A stretch of DNA of 64,000 nucleotides, taken from assembly GCA_965213675.1 (NCBI GenBank), contig OZ243916.1, positions 1,824,001 through 1,888,000 of the forward strand, written 5' to 3'. The translations under genes and the position numbers were made by a program. The notes under the pieces are model-generated. The model saw only the letters and a program-made list of their open reading frames with translations. It did not search any database and was not told where the DNA came from. This document shows positions 8,451 through 17,524 of the stretch, piece after piece (positions within the stretch are counted from its first letter, which is position 1; every line of letters begins with the position of its first letter). Source of the DNA: an uncultured Candidatus Binatia bacterium (GTDB lineage Bacteria > Desulfobacterota > Binatia > UBA9968 > JAJDTQ01).

Positions 8451-9926
8451 ATGACACCCTGGCTCAGAGACTTCATCGACAACCGCATCTTCGGCCCCAA
8501 CCACCGCTGGTGGGCGCTGCTGGTGGTCGTGGTCTCCGTTTTCATCGCCACTACGGATGTCGGCATGCTTACCATAAGCCTGCCGGTCATCATAACCGAC
8601 TTCCGCACGGATATCACTTTCGCCGGCTGGATCGTCTTCGTCTACGCGCTGGTGACGGGCGCCCTCTACCTGCCGTGCGGCCGGCTCTCGGACCTCCTCG
8701 GGCGCAAGCTCACCTTCTCCGCGGGTTTCCTGGTGTACGGCGTGGCCTCGGCGCTGGCGGGCCTGGCGCACGGACCCGCGCCGCTGATGGCCTGCCGCGT
8801 GGGCCAGGCCGTGGGCGCCGCGCTCATGATGACCAACACCTTCGCCCTCACGGCGACCCTCTTTACCGGCGCCGACCGGGGCCGGGCCATGGGCATCTCC
8901 GGCGGCCTGGTCTCGGCCATCGGCTTTACCCTGGGGCCCGTGGTGGGCGGATTCATCACCTTCACCCTGGGCTGGCGCTATATATTCTTCATTTCCAGCG
9001 CCCTCTCCTTCATCGGCTTCGCCGCCGCCCGCCTTCTCCTGCTCGACGACCGCCAGCGCGACAAACCGGCGCACCGGGAGCCCTTCGACTTCGCCGGCGC
9101 CGGCCTGTTCGCCGTGGGCCTGACGTTCCTGCTGCTGGGCATCACCCGGGGCGGCCTGGGCTACGGGGGGTTCGCCCTGAGCGCCGTCTTTCTGGGCCTG
9201 TTCGTCTGGCGGGAAGCCACCTGCCCCTACCCCATCCTCGACCTCGCGCTGTTGCGCATCGTGCCCTTTGCCGCGGGCAACATTGCGCGGCTGTCCACTT
9301 TCGTGGCGCTCAGCACCAACGAGTTGATGATGCCGTTCCTGCTCCAACTCGTGCTGGGCATGGACCCGCTGGAATCCGGCGGTCTGATGACCGCCATCGC
9401 GCTGGTGCTCATGGTGGCATCGCCCTCGGCGGGCTGGCTCACCGACCGGGTTGGCTCCACCCTGCCGGCCGCCGCGGGGGCCAGCGTGGTGGCCGTGGCC
9501 ATGTACTCCATGAGCCTCCTGGGACCCGATTCCACCCCGGCGGAGATCGTGCCGCGCCTGGCCCTGCTGGGCGTGGGGCTGGGGCTCTTTCAGACCCCCA
9601 ACAACCACGGCCTCATCAGCTCCGTGCCGCCCGAAAGTCTGGGCATCGCCTCGTCGGTCATCTCCATCATCCGCAGCGTGGGCCGCTCCCTGGGCACCGC
9701 CGCCGCCACCGCCTTCGTGAGCATGCGGCTGGCCGCGGCCACCAACGCCACCGGACCGCAGGACCTGGCCGCGCTGAATCTCGCAGCCAATCCACGGCTC
9801 CTGGACGCCTTCATGGAAGGGTACGGCAACGCCTACGTCACCGCGGCGTACCTTGGACTGAGCGCGCTGTTGTTCACGCTGATCGCCGCGACGGGGACGG
9901 GAGCGGGCAGGGGCAAACGGGGCTGA
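8451..9926 (+). CDS. MFS transporter, DHA2 (EmrB/QacA-like) family
   Basis: GRLSDLLGRK motif A, LGPVVGGFIT.TLGWRYIF, FDFAGAGLF, FQTPNN; many TM segments. Confidence 0.9.
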   Translation: MTPWLRDFIDNRIFGPNHRWWALLVVVVSVFIATTDVGMLTISLPVIITDFRTDITFAGWIVFVYALVTGALYLPCGRLSDLLGRKLTFSAGFLVYGVASALAGLAHGPAPLMACRVGQAVGAALMMTNTFALTATLFTGADRGRAMGISGGLVSAIGFTLGPVVGGFITFTLGWRYIFFISSALSFIGFAAARLLLLDDRQRDKPAHREPFDFAGAGLFAVGLTFLLLGITRGGLGYGGFALSAVFLGLFVWREATCPYPILDLALLRIVPFAAGNIARLSTFVALSTNELMMPFLLQLVLGMDPLESGGLMTAIALVLMVASPSAGWLTDRVGSTLPAAAGASVVAVAMYSMSLLGPDSTPAEIVPRLALLGVGLGLFQTPNNHGLISSVPPESLGIASSVISIIRSVGRSLGTAAATAFVSMRLAAATNATGPQDLAALNLAANPRLLDAFMEGYGNAYVTAAYLGLSALLFTLIAATGTGAGRGKRG

Positions 9927-10035
9927 AACTCCGGGGCTGAAACCCCGAACCGGGCGGGCACGGGATGGAGCATCAGTTCACAGCGAGCGCGAATCGAACC
10001 GCGCAACGATACCAGCGGATCTCGCCGCGGCGCAT

Positions 10036-10812
10036 TCACCCGTTGTGATCGACAAGGGACCGTGCATCATCGAGGAAACCCGGGTGGGCGAGCAGAACCG
10101 GGCCTCCCCGGATCAGGTCCACATCGGGAAAGGCCGACCGGCAGCCGGCCTCATGCCCGATGACGAGGCCCGCGGCGCAGTCCCAGCTCTGGAGGTGCGC
10201 TTCGTAATAGGCGCCCGCCGAGCCCCGGGCCACCAGCGCAAGGCTCAACGCCGCGGAACCGAGCCGCCGGTAGTCGTGCTCGGACCTCACGATCCGGTCG
10301 ACGAGACTCAGATACGCCGCATGATCCGTGCGGTTCGAGCGACCCAGCAGGAACAGATGATGCCAGTCTGAAGCCGCACCGGCCTTCATGGGAACCCCGT
10401 TCAACGTGGCCCCCTGGCCCCGCGCCGCGGCATACATCTCGTCCCGGTCCGGCGCGTAGATCACGCCGAATTCGAGGCGTCCCTCCATGGCGAAGCCCAC
10501 CGAGATCGCCCACTGATCCAGGCCCTCGGCAAAGTTCGTGGTGCCGTCGATGGGGTCGATGATCCAGAGCTTCTCCCCCTCGGCGCTCCCGTGCGTCTCC
10601 TCGGCCAACACCCCGTCCTCCGGGAATGCTTCACGAATCGCCTCCACAAGGCGCGCTTCCACCGCGAGATCGGCGTTGGTCACCCAATCCTGCCGCCCCT
10701 TCCCGGAGATGGCCAGGGTGGACTGTCGCAGCGTCAGCGCCAGGGAACCCGCTTCACCGGCCATGGCCTGGGCGAGGGCGAAGCGTGGACTCAGCAACTC
10801 CCGCGCGGTCAT
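10036..10812 (-). CDS. Inositol monophosphatase family protein
   Basis: DWVTNAD, LAEE, WIIDPIDGTTNF, RRLGSAAL, WDCAAG motifs. Confidence 0.9.
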   Translation of the reverse strand: MTARELLSPRFALAQAMAGEAGSLALTLRQSTLAISGKGRQDWVTNADLAVEARLVEAIREAFPEDGVLAEETHGSAEGEKLWIIDPIDGTTNFAEGLDQWAISVGFAMEGRLEFGVIYAPDRDEMYAAARGQGATLNGVPMKAGAASDWHHLFLLGRSNRTDHAAYLSLVDRIVRSEHDYRRLGSAALSLALVARGSAGAYYEAHLQSWDCAAGLVIGHEAGCRSAFPDVDLIRGGPVLLAHPGFLDDARSLVDHNG

Positions 10813-10943
10813 GTTCCAGCCTCGCGCCGGTGCGCCGATGCAACGGCGGGTTGTTCGCCGGCGCGAATGCGAAGAGAGACGTCCTGAATCACCCGCGTCG
10901 CGCCAAAGGACTTGCTTACGTTTTCGAGTTCGATTTCCGGCAT
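10809..10943 (-). pseudogene. ABC ATP-binding protein N-terminal remnant
   Basis: MPEIELENVSKSFGATRVIQDVSLRIRAGE is a canonical ABC ATPase start that breaks off just before Walker A; its stop overlaps the IMPase ATG (ATGA). Confidence 0.7.
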
Positions 10944-11129
10944 CGCGACTTCCGGCATCACACTCCGCCGCTGTTCCCGGCCGCCGCCCCCGGAGCGGTG
11001 GGCCGGAGTTCGTTTTTTCTTCACACTTTCTTCACAGTTTCATAACCCATGCCAGTAGACAAGGCACCCGAAAACGTCCTTACGTCTCAGCCACACGGTG
11101 CCGGCCCCCGGGCCGAAACAAGACCCACG

Positions 11130-11308
11130 AGGAGGACGCCATCTGGCGCTCGCGAGCGTCATTGCCCCTTTTCACCGCCTCGGCCGCCATGGTCGAGAAG
11201 CTGGTGATCGCCGGACGCGACGGCGGATATGCTTCCGCCCTGTCGAAGATGGTGGCGGGCGTGCTGGCGGCGTTCTACGCCACGAGGCTCTTGAAGGGGT
11301 CGTCCTGA
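11130..11308 (+). pseudogene. Probable remnant of an exported binding protein fused to a membrane-protein tail
   Basis: GAGGAGG RBS without a proper ATG; frameshifted signal-like LALASVIA/LFTASAAM then EKLVIAGRDGGY; hydrophobic tail ends in a TGATG overlap. Confidence 0.35.
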
Positions 11309-11426
11309 TGAACGGCGTGTCCCCGGGCGGCGGCCCTGTTCCTGCTGCCCCATCGGGCGGATGGCCGGCACGTGGTCCGGCCACCACCTGAACGCCAAAG
11401 GGCATCCATGCCGGAAGGAGCCCGAC

Positions 11427-12170
11427 CTATTTCCCGTCCACCAGCCGCAACTTGTCCACATCCATCACGGACAGTCGGTCACCGGTGGCCCCGGTGTCTC
11501 CCGGACGATAGATTCCGACCTTCAAATGCGGCTCGCCGCAAGCGCGCCGTCGCCGGATCAATTTGTTGGCAACGACCTTCCTCCCGTCAAGGTACAGGTC
11601 GTAGGAGCGCGCGGGGTTGAAGTCGAATCGGACGTCCACCCATTTCCCTCGAATCCCCTGGACCAGGAAGGGAGTTGCCGCGCCCTGAAGCCGCCCATGA
11701 TCGAACTTCACCATGACCAGAGGGCCAACCCGGCAACCGCTGGTATACTGATGGAGTTGCAGAAAATTCTCGCGGTCGTGGTCGAAACCCCTTGCGAACC
11801 TGACCCTGTAGGTCAGCGAGTAGTCACGGCCCTTTTCCAAAGCCGTCGACTGCTTGATCTCCGCCCGCTCCCAATAAGGAGCCCGTGACCTCGAGCGAGC
11901 GTCGCTGCGGCATCCCCCCACCTGCCCGTCTTTCAACGTGAAGCGCAGAAATCTTTCGCCGTTCTCCCGGATCCACTGCGTGGACGAGGAAGCGGGAAGG
12001 TCACAATTCGCATGGAACGCGACGTTCCAGTCGCTGTCCTTGTAGGTCCTCTTGCCGGAGTCGTTGAAGCTCCGGGCAGGGGTGTAGTCGGCCACGGCCA
12101 CATGAACGCCGGTCAGGAGGGACGCCGCCACCAAAAGAATACTTCGCAAGTCAGTCAACTGGCCCGGCAT
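11427..12170 (-). CDS. Secreted polysaccharide lyase-like protein (heparin lyase I / PL7-like jelly-roll)
   Basis: Signal peptide (ILLVAASLLTGVHVAVA); ERAEI, FLQLH, HLKVGIYR motifs resemble the RxEL / QxH / YFKxGxY pattern. Confidence 0.65.
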   Translation of the reverse strand: MPGQLTDLRSILLVAASLLTGVHVAVADYTPARSFNDSGKRTYKDSDWNVAFHANCDLPASSSTQWIRENGERFLRFTLKDGQVGGCRSDARSRSRAPYWERAEIKQSTALEKGRDYSLTYRVRFARGFDHDRENFLQLHQYTSGCRVGPLVMVKFDHGRLQGAATPFLVQGIRGKWVDVRFDFNPARSYDLYLDGRKVVANKLIRRRRACGEPHLKVGIYRPGDTGATGDRLSVMDVDKLRLVDGK

Positions 12171-12356
12171 GTACCATCAGCCCGGACGCGTGCCATCCGG
12201 CCTCCGGGCCTTCAGCGTTACCCCGTCGCAGCCGGTGAACACCAACGCGCCACATGTCAGCAGCAACGCCGCCGTCTTCCGATTTCCGCGTGTGCCCACA
12301 CCGTCGCCCTCCGTTTCCTGGCGCCCCATTTCCGGGTGTCCCACCCCACTTCTCCA

Positions 12357-13463
12357 CTACAGTCCGTACAACCGCCGGGCGTTGTCGCTGAGGATCTTGT
12401 GCTTGACGTCCTCGGAGAGGTCCGTGCGTTCGCGGAATACCCGGATGGCATCCACGTCGCTGGAGGTGTCGGTGTGGCCGTAGTCGGTGCCGATGACCAA
12501 GCCGTCCTCGCCGGTCTCCTGCACGACGTAGGGCAGGTCGTCGGTGTTTTCGCAGGTGACGAACATGTTGAAATGTTCCATGGGGTTGTCCGGCCACTCG
12601 CGGCCCATGACCCGGTAGCGGTTGCGCACTTCGTGCAGGATCCACGGCAGCCACTGGGAACTGGCCTCGATGAAACCCCAGCGGAGCTTCGGGAACAGCT
12701 CCGGCACCTCGCTGAAGAGCACGTCGGCGAAGCCGCCGACGGTGGGGATGCGGAAACGATGGAAAGTGGCCCCGAGGCGCACGGGATGGCTGTAGAGGTC
12801 GTTGAGCCATGCGCTGCCGTTGGCAATGTGCACGGCGATGGCCATGTCCAGGCGGCTGGCCTCTTCGTAAACCGGGTAGAAATACGGGTCCACCAGCATC
12901 CGGTTGTTCTCGAACGGTCGCATCAGCACGGCGCAGGCGCCGTGCTCCCTGGAAAAGCGGATCTGGTCCAGGGCGTCGGACATGCTCAGGGTGGGAGCCA
13001 GGCACGACCAGCGCAGGCGCCCGTCGGACTGGGACCAGATGTCCGCCAGCCAGCGGTTCCAGCTTCCGCACAGCGCGACTTCCACCGGCGCCCGCTCCGT
13101 CACCTGCTCGATGAACATGGTGTTGTGCAGCACCTGCACGTCCACGCCCGTGGCGTCCATGTGCTCCAGCCGAAGGCCCACGTTGCCCAGCTCCCGGGCG
13201 GCCTGGGCCTCGGCGAACTTGCGCCCCACCCGCTCCTGCCGCCGCTGCAACTCCTCCTCGGAGAACGCGGGGAAGCGGAACCCGCGCACCTTGCCGTCCA
13301 CCAGCCAGAACTGAAGCGCGGCGCCGTCCTCCTCCGGAGACACCAGCGGCACCGGCCGGAACTGCTTCTCCGACCCCTCGAGAAAGTCCCAGGTGCGGTC
13401 GCACTCCACGACATGGGCGTCGGAATCGACGATCAAGGACGTTCCGTTGGCATCTGCGCTCAT
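12357..13463 (-). CDS. Amidohydrolase family protein (Amidohydro_2)
   Basis: DSDAHVVE, RLEHMDATGVDVQVL, YFYPVYEEA, GTDYGH, ILSDNARRLYGL. Confidence 0.9.
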   Translation of the reverse strand: MSADANGTSLIVDSDAHVVECDRTWDFLEGSEKQFRPVPLVSPEEDGAALQFWLVDGKVRGFRFPAFSEEELQRRQERVGRKFAEAQAARELGNVGLRLEHMDATGVDVQVLHNTMFIEQVTERAPVEVALCGSWNRWLADIWSQSDGRLRWSCLAPTLSMSDALDQIRFSREHGACAVLMRPFENNRMLVDPYFYPVYEEASRLDMAIAVHIANGSAWLNDLYSHPVRLGATFHRFRIPTVGGFADVLFSEVPELFPKLRWGFIEASSQWLPWILHEVRNRYRVMGREWPDNPMEHFNMFVTCENTDDLPYVVQETGEDGLVIGTDYGHTDTSSDVDAIRVFRERTDLSEDVKHKILSDNARRLYGL

Positions 13464-13593
13464 GTTCTGCTCCTTGAGGGTCCGGACCCTTGTTCAAGCG
13501 GGCGCCGCGCGCCCGCGCCGGTTCAATGCGTCACGACTCTCATCCATCGCGCCGAGCCCCGCGACTTCGCTGCGCAAGCCCTCTACGGCACAT

Positions 13594-15207
13594 CTACTGC
13601 AACTCGGCGAAAAAGTCGTTGCCCTTGTCATCCACGATGATGAAGGCGGGGAAGTTCTCCACGTCGATCTTCCACACGGCCTCCATGCCCAGTTCGGGAT
13701 AATCGAGCACATCCACGCGCTTGATGTTGTCCTTGGCCAGCACCGCGGCGGGGCCGCCGATGGAGCCGAGGTAGAACCCGCCGTGCTTCTTGCACGCGTC
13801 GGTGACCTGACGCGAGCGGTTGCCCTTGGCCAACGAGATCAGGCTACCGCCGTGGGCCTGGAACAGGTCCACGTAGGAGTCCATGCGCCCGGCGGTGGTG
13901 GGGCCGAAGGATCCCGAGGCGTAACCCTCCGGAGTCTTGGCGGGTCCCGCGTAGTAGACCACGTGGTCCTTGAAATAGTCCGGCAAGGGCTCGCCCGCGT
14001 CGAGGCGCTCCTTGAGCCGGGCATGGGCCAGGTCCCGGGCCACCACAATGGTGCCGTTGAGGGACAGCCGCGTCTTCACCGGGTGCCGCGAAAGCGTGGC
14101 GCGGATCTCGTCCATGGGGCGGCTCAGGTCGACGCTCACCACCGCGTCCGCGTCGTCCTCCTCGACGAAGTCCGGCAGGTATCTGGCCGGATCCGTCTCC
14201 AGCCGCTCCAGGAATACTCCTTCCCGGGTGATCCGGGCCTTGGCCTGCCGGTCTGCGGAGCACGACACACCGATACCCACCGGACAGGAGGCGCCGTGAC
14301 GCGGCAACCGGATGACCCGCACCTCGTGGGTGAAGTACTTGCCGCCGAACTGCGCGCCCACGCCCATGGCCTGACTGATGGCCTGAACCCGCGCCTCCAG
14401 CTCCAGGTCGCGGAACGCCCGGCCGTACTCGTTGCCGGTGGTGGGAAGGCTGTCCAGGTAGCGCGTGCTCGCGAGCTTCACGGTCTTGAGGTTGAACTCC
14501 GCCGACATGCCCCCCACCACGATGGCCAGGTAGTAGGGCGGGCACGCCGCGGTGCCGATGGTCTTGATCTGCTTCTCCAGGAACGCCACCAGCGACGCTT
14601 CGTTCAAGAGCGCCGGCGTCTGCTGGTACAGGAACGACTTGTTGGCCGAGCCGCCGCCCTTGGTGATGAATAACAATTCGTAGGCGTCGCCCAGCGTCGC
14701 GTACAACTCCACCTGAGCCGGCAGATTGGTGCGGGTGTTGTGCTCCTCGTACATGCTCAGGGGCGCAAGCTGCGAGTAGCGCAGGTTGGTGTTCGTGTAG
14801 ACATCGTGGACGCCGGCGGAGAAGGCCTCCTCGTCGTTGGCGCCGGTGAACACGTTCTCGCCCTTCTTGCCGATGACGATGGCCGTGCCCGTGTCCTGGC
14901 ACGCCGGCAACACTCCGCCGGCCGAGATGTTGGCGTTCTTGAGCTGCTGGAGCGCCACGAAGCGGTCGTTCTTCGACGCCTCGGGATCGTCGAGAATGGC
15001 GCGCAATTTGGCGAGGTGGCTCGGGCGGAACAGGTGGGAAATGTCGTGGATGGCCTCCGCCGTGAGCTTCCGCAGCACCGCCGGCTCCACCTTGAGGATG
15101 GCGCGGCCGTCCAGTTCGACCTCGGACACGCCCTCCTTGCCGAGGCTTCGGTATTCGGTGGTGTCGGGACCAAGCTCGAATATGGGTTGAAACCTGAAGT
15201 CTGACAT
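13594..15207 (-). CDS. fumA: Fumarate hydratase class I (Fe-S)
   Basis: [59 protein letters not shown]; RBS before ATG 15207. Confidence 0.95.
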   Translation of the reverse strand: MSDFRFQPIFELGPDTTEYRSLGKEGVSEVELDGRAILKVEPAVLRKLTAEAIHDISHLFRPSHLAKLRAILDDPEASKNDRFVALQQLKNANISAGGVLPACQDTGTAIVIGKKGENVFTGANDEEAFSAGVHDVYTNTNLRYSQLAPLSMYEEHNTRTNLPAQVELYATLGDAYELLFITKGGGSANKSFLYQQTPALLNEASLVAFLEKQIKTIGTAACPPYYLAIVVGGMSAEFNLKTVKLASTRYLDSLPTTGNEYGRAFRDLELEARVQAISQAMGVGAQFGGKYFTHEVRVIRLPRHGASCPVGIGVSCSADRQAKARITREGVFLERLETDPARYLPDFVEEDDADAVVSVDLSRPMDEIRATLSRHPVKTRLSLNGTIVVARDLAHARLKERLDAGEPLPDYFKDHVVYYAGPAKTPEGYASGSFGPTTAGRMDSYVDLFQAHGGSLISLAKGNRSRQVTDACKKHGGFYLGSIGGPAAVLAKDNIKRVDVLDYPELGMEAVWKIDVENFPAFIIVDDKGNDFFAELQ

Positions 15208-15255
15208 GAAGCGATATCTCCCTTTCCGACGCGCCTGCCCGGCGGCCTCCCCGCC

Positions 15256-15282
15256 CTGGATTCCCGCTTCCACGGGAATGAC
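15256..15282. repeat. Half copy of REP-like palindrome
   Basis: CTGGATTCCCGCTTCCACGGGAATGAC, same family as 2216-2326. Confidence 0.65.
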
Positions 15283-15375
15283 GAAGTGCGGTGAGGCGCG
15301 GCGCTGTGGTCCCTGCGGGGTCCGTGGACGGGTCCGGGATTACGTTGTGTTTCTGGTGAGATTATATCCAAACCC

Positions 15376-15403
15376 TTGACGACAAAGCAAAGTCGAGTAT
15401 GCT
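15376..15403 (+). promoter_or_regulatory. Putative sigma70 promoter for the thiolase cluster
   Basis: TTGACG-N16-TATGCT in an AT-richer divergent intergenic region. Confidence 0.5.
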
Positions 15404-15442
15404 TCGAGCAGCGTTGGCGCTGATGTCGCCTACGGGAAGTAC

Positions 15443-15457
15443 GTACGAAGTTCGTAC
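15443..15457. promoter_or_regulatory. Palindromic operator candidate
   Basis: GTACGAA-G-TTCGTAC perfect inverted repeat downstream of the promoter candidate. Confidence 0.4.
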
Positions 15458-15678
15458 AAAAGCTGCGCAGGCATCGTGGTGGAGGCAAGGGACCCTTCGC
15501 GTTCGCTGCACGACACGCGACGGGCGGCAAGACCAGGGGAGCCCTCGGGTCCCTTACGCAGGCGACCGCCGAACGATCCTTGTCACCGCAACCGTGAACC
15601 GCCACCCCAAACGGTGGATGGCCCGTGGCCACCCCGTGCCGGCGGCGCGGAGAAGAACATGCAGGAGTCCCCATACTC

Positions 15679-16872
15679 ATGAGTATACACGGCAACACGG
15701 CCATCGCCGGCATCGGCGAGACCCCGGTGGACCGCCTGGGACGGCGCCCGGGCGAGCGCCGCCGGACCATTCCGGAGTACCTGACCTGGGCGGCGCGCCT
15801 GGCCATGGAGGACGCGGGCCTGACCCGCAAGGACTTCGACGGCCAGGGGCTCGCGGCCATCTACACCACCAACTACCTGCAACCCTTCTGGCCGGAAGAG
15901 ACCGCGTCCATCCTGGGCATCGCCCCGGCGCTGTCCATGGCCAACGCCAACGGCGGCGCCGCCACGGTGTCGGCGCTGGGGCAGGCGGCCGCGGCCATTC
16001 AAGCGGGGTTGGTGGAGCGAGTCCTGTGCGTGGCCGCTTCGTGCACATTCGTGGAAAACCACAACGGGGTGGAGCCGCGGGACGTGCGGGACTTCGAGGT
16101 GCCCTACGGCTTGATGGGCGCCAACAGCGGCATCGCGCTCGTGATGCGGCGGCACATGCACGACTACGGAACCACCCTGGATGCCCTGGGGAACATCGCG
16201 GTGACAGCGCGCCACCACGCATCGCTCAACCCCAACGCCTATCTCAGGAAACCCATGACGCTGGAGGACTACAAGACTTCGCGGCTGGTGGCCGACCCCG
16301 TGCGCCTGCTGGACTGCGTCATGCCGGCCAACGGCGGCAAGGCGTTCATCCTCACCTCCGCGGAACGGGCCGCCGACATGCCGCGCAAGCCCGTCTACCT
16401 CATGGGCTTCGGCGAGCAGGACAACCCCAGCTACGGCCCCCGTACCCACTCCGATGCCACGATCATGGGCATCCGGGACGCCGGCGCCCGCGCCTTCGAC
16501 ATGGCTGGCGTCACCGCCAGGGACATGGACTTCGCCCAGCTCTACGATGACTACGTGATCATCGAATTGATGCAGATGGAGGACTTGGGCTTCTGCGACA
16601 AGGGCGACACGAGCTACTTCGAGTCCACCGACTTCTCGTTCAAGGGGACGCTCCCCATCCAGACCGGCGGCGGCATGATCAACTGCGGACAACCCTCCAC
16701 CGCCGGCGGCATGCTCCACATCCTGGAGTCGGTCCGGCAACTGCGGGGCGACGGCGGCGAGCGGCAGGTGGCGGGCGCGCGCACCGGGCTGTGCACCGGC
16801 CTCGGCGGGCTCCCCTACGGCAAGAACCTCGGCTCCACCGCCGTGGCCATTCTCAGCAACGACAACGGATAG
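15679..16872 (+). CDS. Thiolase-superfamily protein (SCP-x/Ltp2-like), lacking the canonical nucleophilic Cys
   Basis: AIAGIGET, HASLNPNA, PVRLLDC, QLYDDY, QTGGG, ESVRQLRG...RQV; ANANGGAA at the usual ACASG position; AGGAG RBS. Confidence 0.88.
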   Translation: MSIHGNTAIAGIGETPVDRLGRRPGERRRTIPEYLTWAARLAMEDAGLTRKDFDGQGLAAIYTTNYLQPFWPEETASILGIAPALSMANANGGAATVSALGQAAAAIQAGLVERVLCVAASCTFVENHNGVEPRDVRDFEVPYGLMGANSGIALVMRRHMHDYGTTLDALGNIAVTARHHASLNPNAYLRKPMTLEDYKTSRLVADPVRLLDCVMPANGGKAFILTSAERAADMPRKPVYLMGFGEQDNPSYGPRTHSDATIMGIRDAGARAFDMAGVTARDMDFAQLYDDYVIIELMQMEDLGFCDKGDTSYFESTDFSFKGTLPIQTGGGMINCGQPSTAGGMLHILESVRQLRGDGGERQVAGARTGLCTGLGGLPYGKNLGSTAVAILSNDNG

Positions 16873-16877
16873 ACACC

Positions 16878-17309
16878 ATGGCCGAAGCACGAACCGAACC
16901 CCGGCGTCCCCTCCCCGAGATCACCGAACTGACCGCGCCCTTCTGGCAGGCCGCACGGGAGGGGCAACTCGTGATGCAGCGTTGCCGCGCGTGCGGCGGA
17001 CTGACGTGGTGTCCGCGCCCGTCGTGCGTGGAGTGCGGCGGCGAAGACCTGGAATGGGCGCCTCTCAGCGGCCGCGCCACCGTCTACTCCTTCACGGTCA
17101 TCCGCCAGTTGGCGGGCCGCGGCGCCCGCGCCTTCGAAAAGGACATCCCCTACGTCATCGCCTGGGTGGATCTGGAGGAAGGCCCGCGCTTCTACACCAA
17201 TATCGTCGAGTGCCCGGTGGACGACGTCGAGATCGGCATGAAAGTGGAAGTGGTATTCGATCCGGTCAGCGACGACATCCACTTGCCCAAGTTCAAGCCC
17301 TGCCCGTAG
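16878..17309 (+). CDS. Zn-ribbon OB-fold protein (DUF35)
   Basis: PFWQAAREG, CRACG...PRPSCVECG, GRATVYSFTV, PYVIAWVDLEEGPR. Confidence 0.92.
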   Translation: MAEARTEPRRPLPEITELTAPFWQAAREGQLVMQRCRACGGLTWCPRPSCVECGGEDLEWAPLSGRATVYSFTVIRQLAGRGARAFEKDIPYVIAWVDLEEGPRFYTNIVECPVDDVEIGMKVEVVFDPVSDDIHLPKFKPCP

Positions 17310-17524
17310 AGGTCACCGGCCGGTCGCCCCCGTGCCCCCACGCCAAACGTCCGGCCGCTGACACCGGCGTCCCGTCCCAGTCGTCCCGCATCGAGCCCTC
17401 GCCCCGCACCGCAGATTCCACGCTTGCCTGGGAGCCAATGGCGCAGGCTCCTGGTCAAGCCAGCACCCTTTTGCTAATTCCACACCAGAACACTTGTTGC
17501 ATCCCTTCCAACCCGGAGGACGCC

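Noticed and set aside
9918-9943. 12-bp direct repeat CGGGGCTGAAAC at the MFS stop (similar case GGCGGAGATTCC x2 at 28176-28202)
   Set aside because: Only two copies nearly adjacent; local slippage duplication, not CRISPR or a target-site duplication around an element
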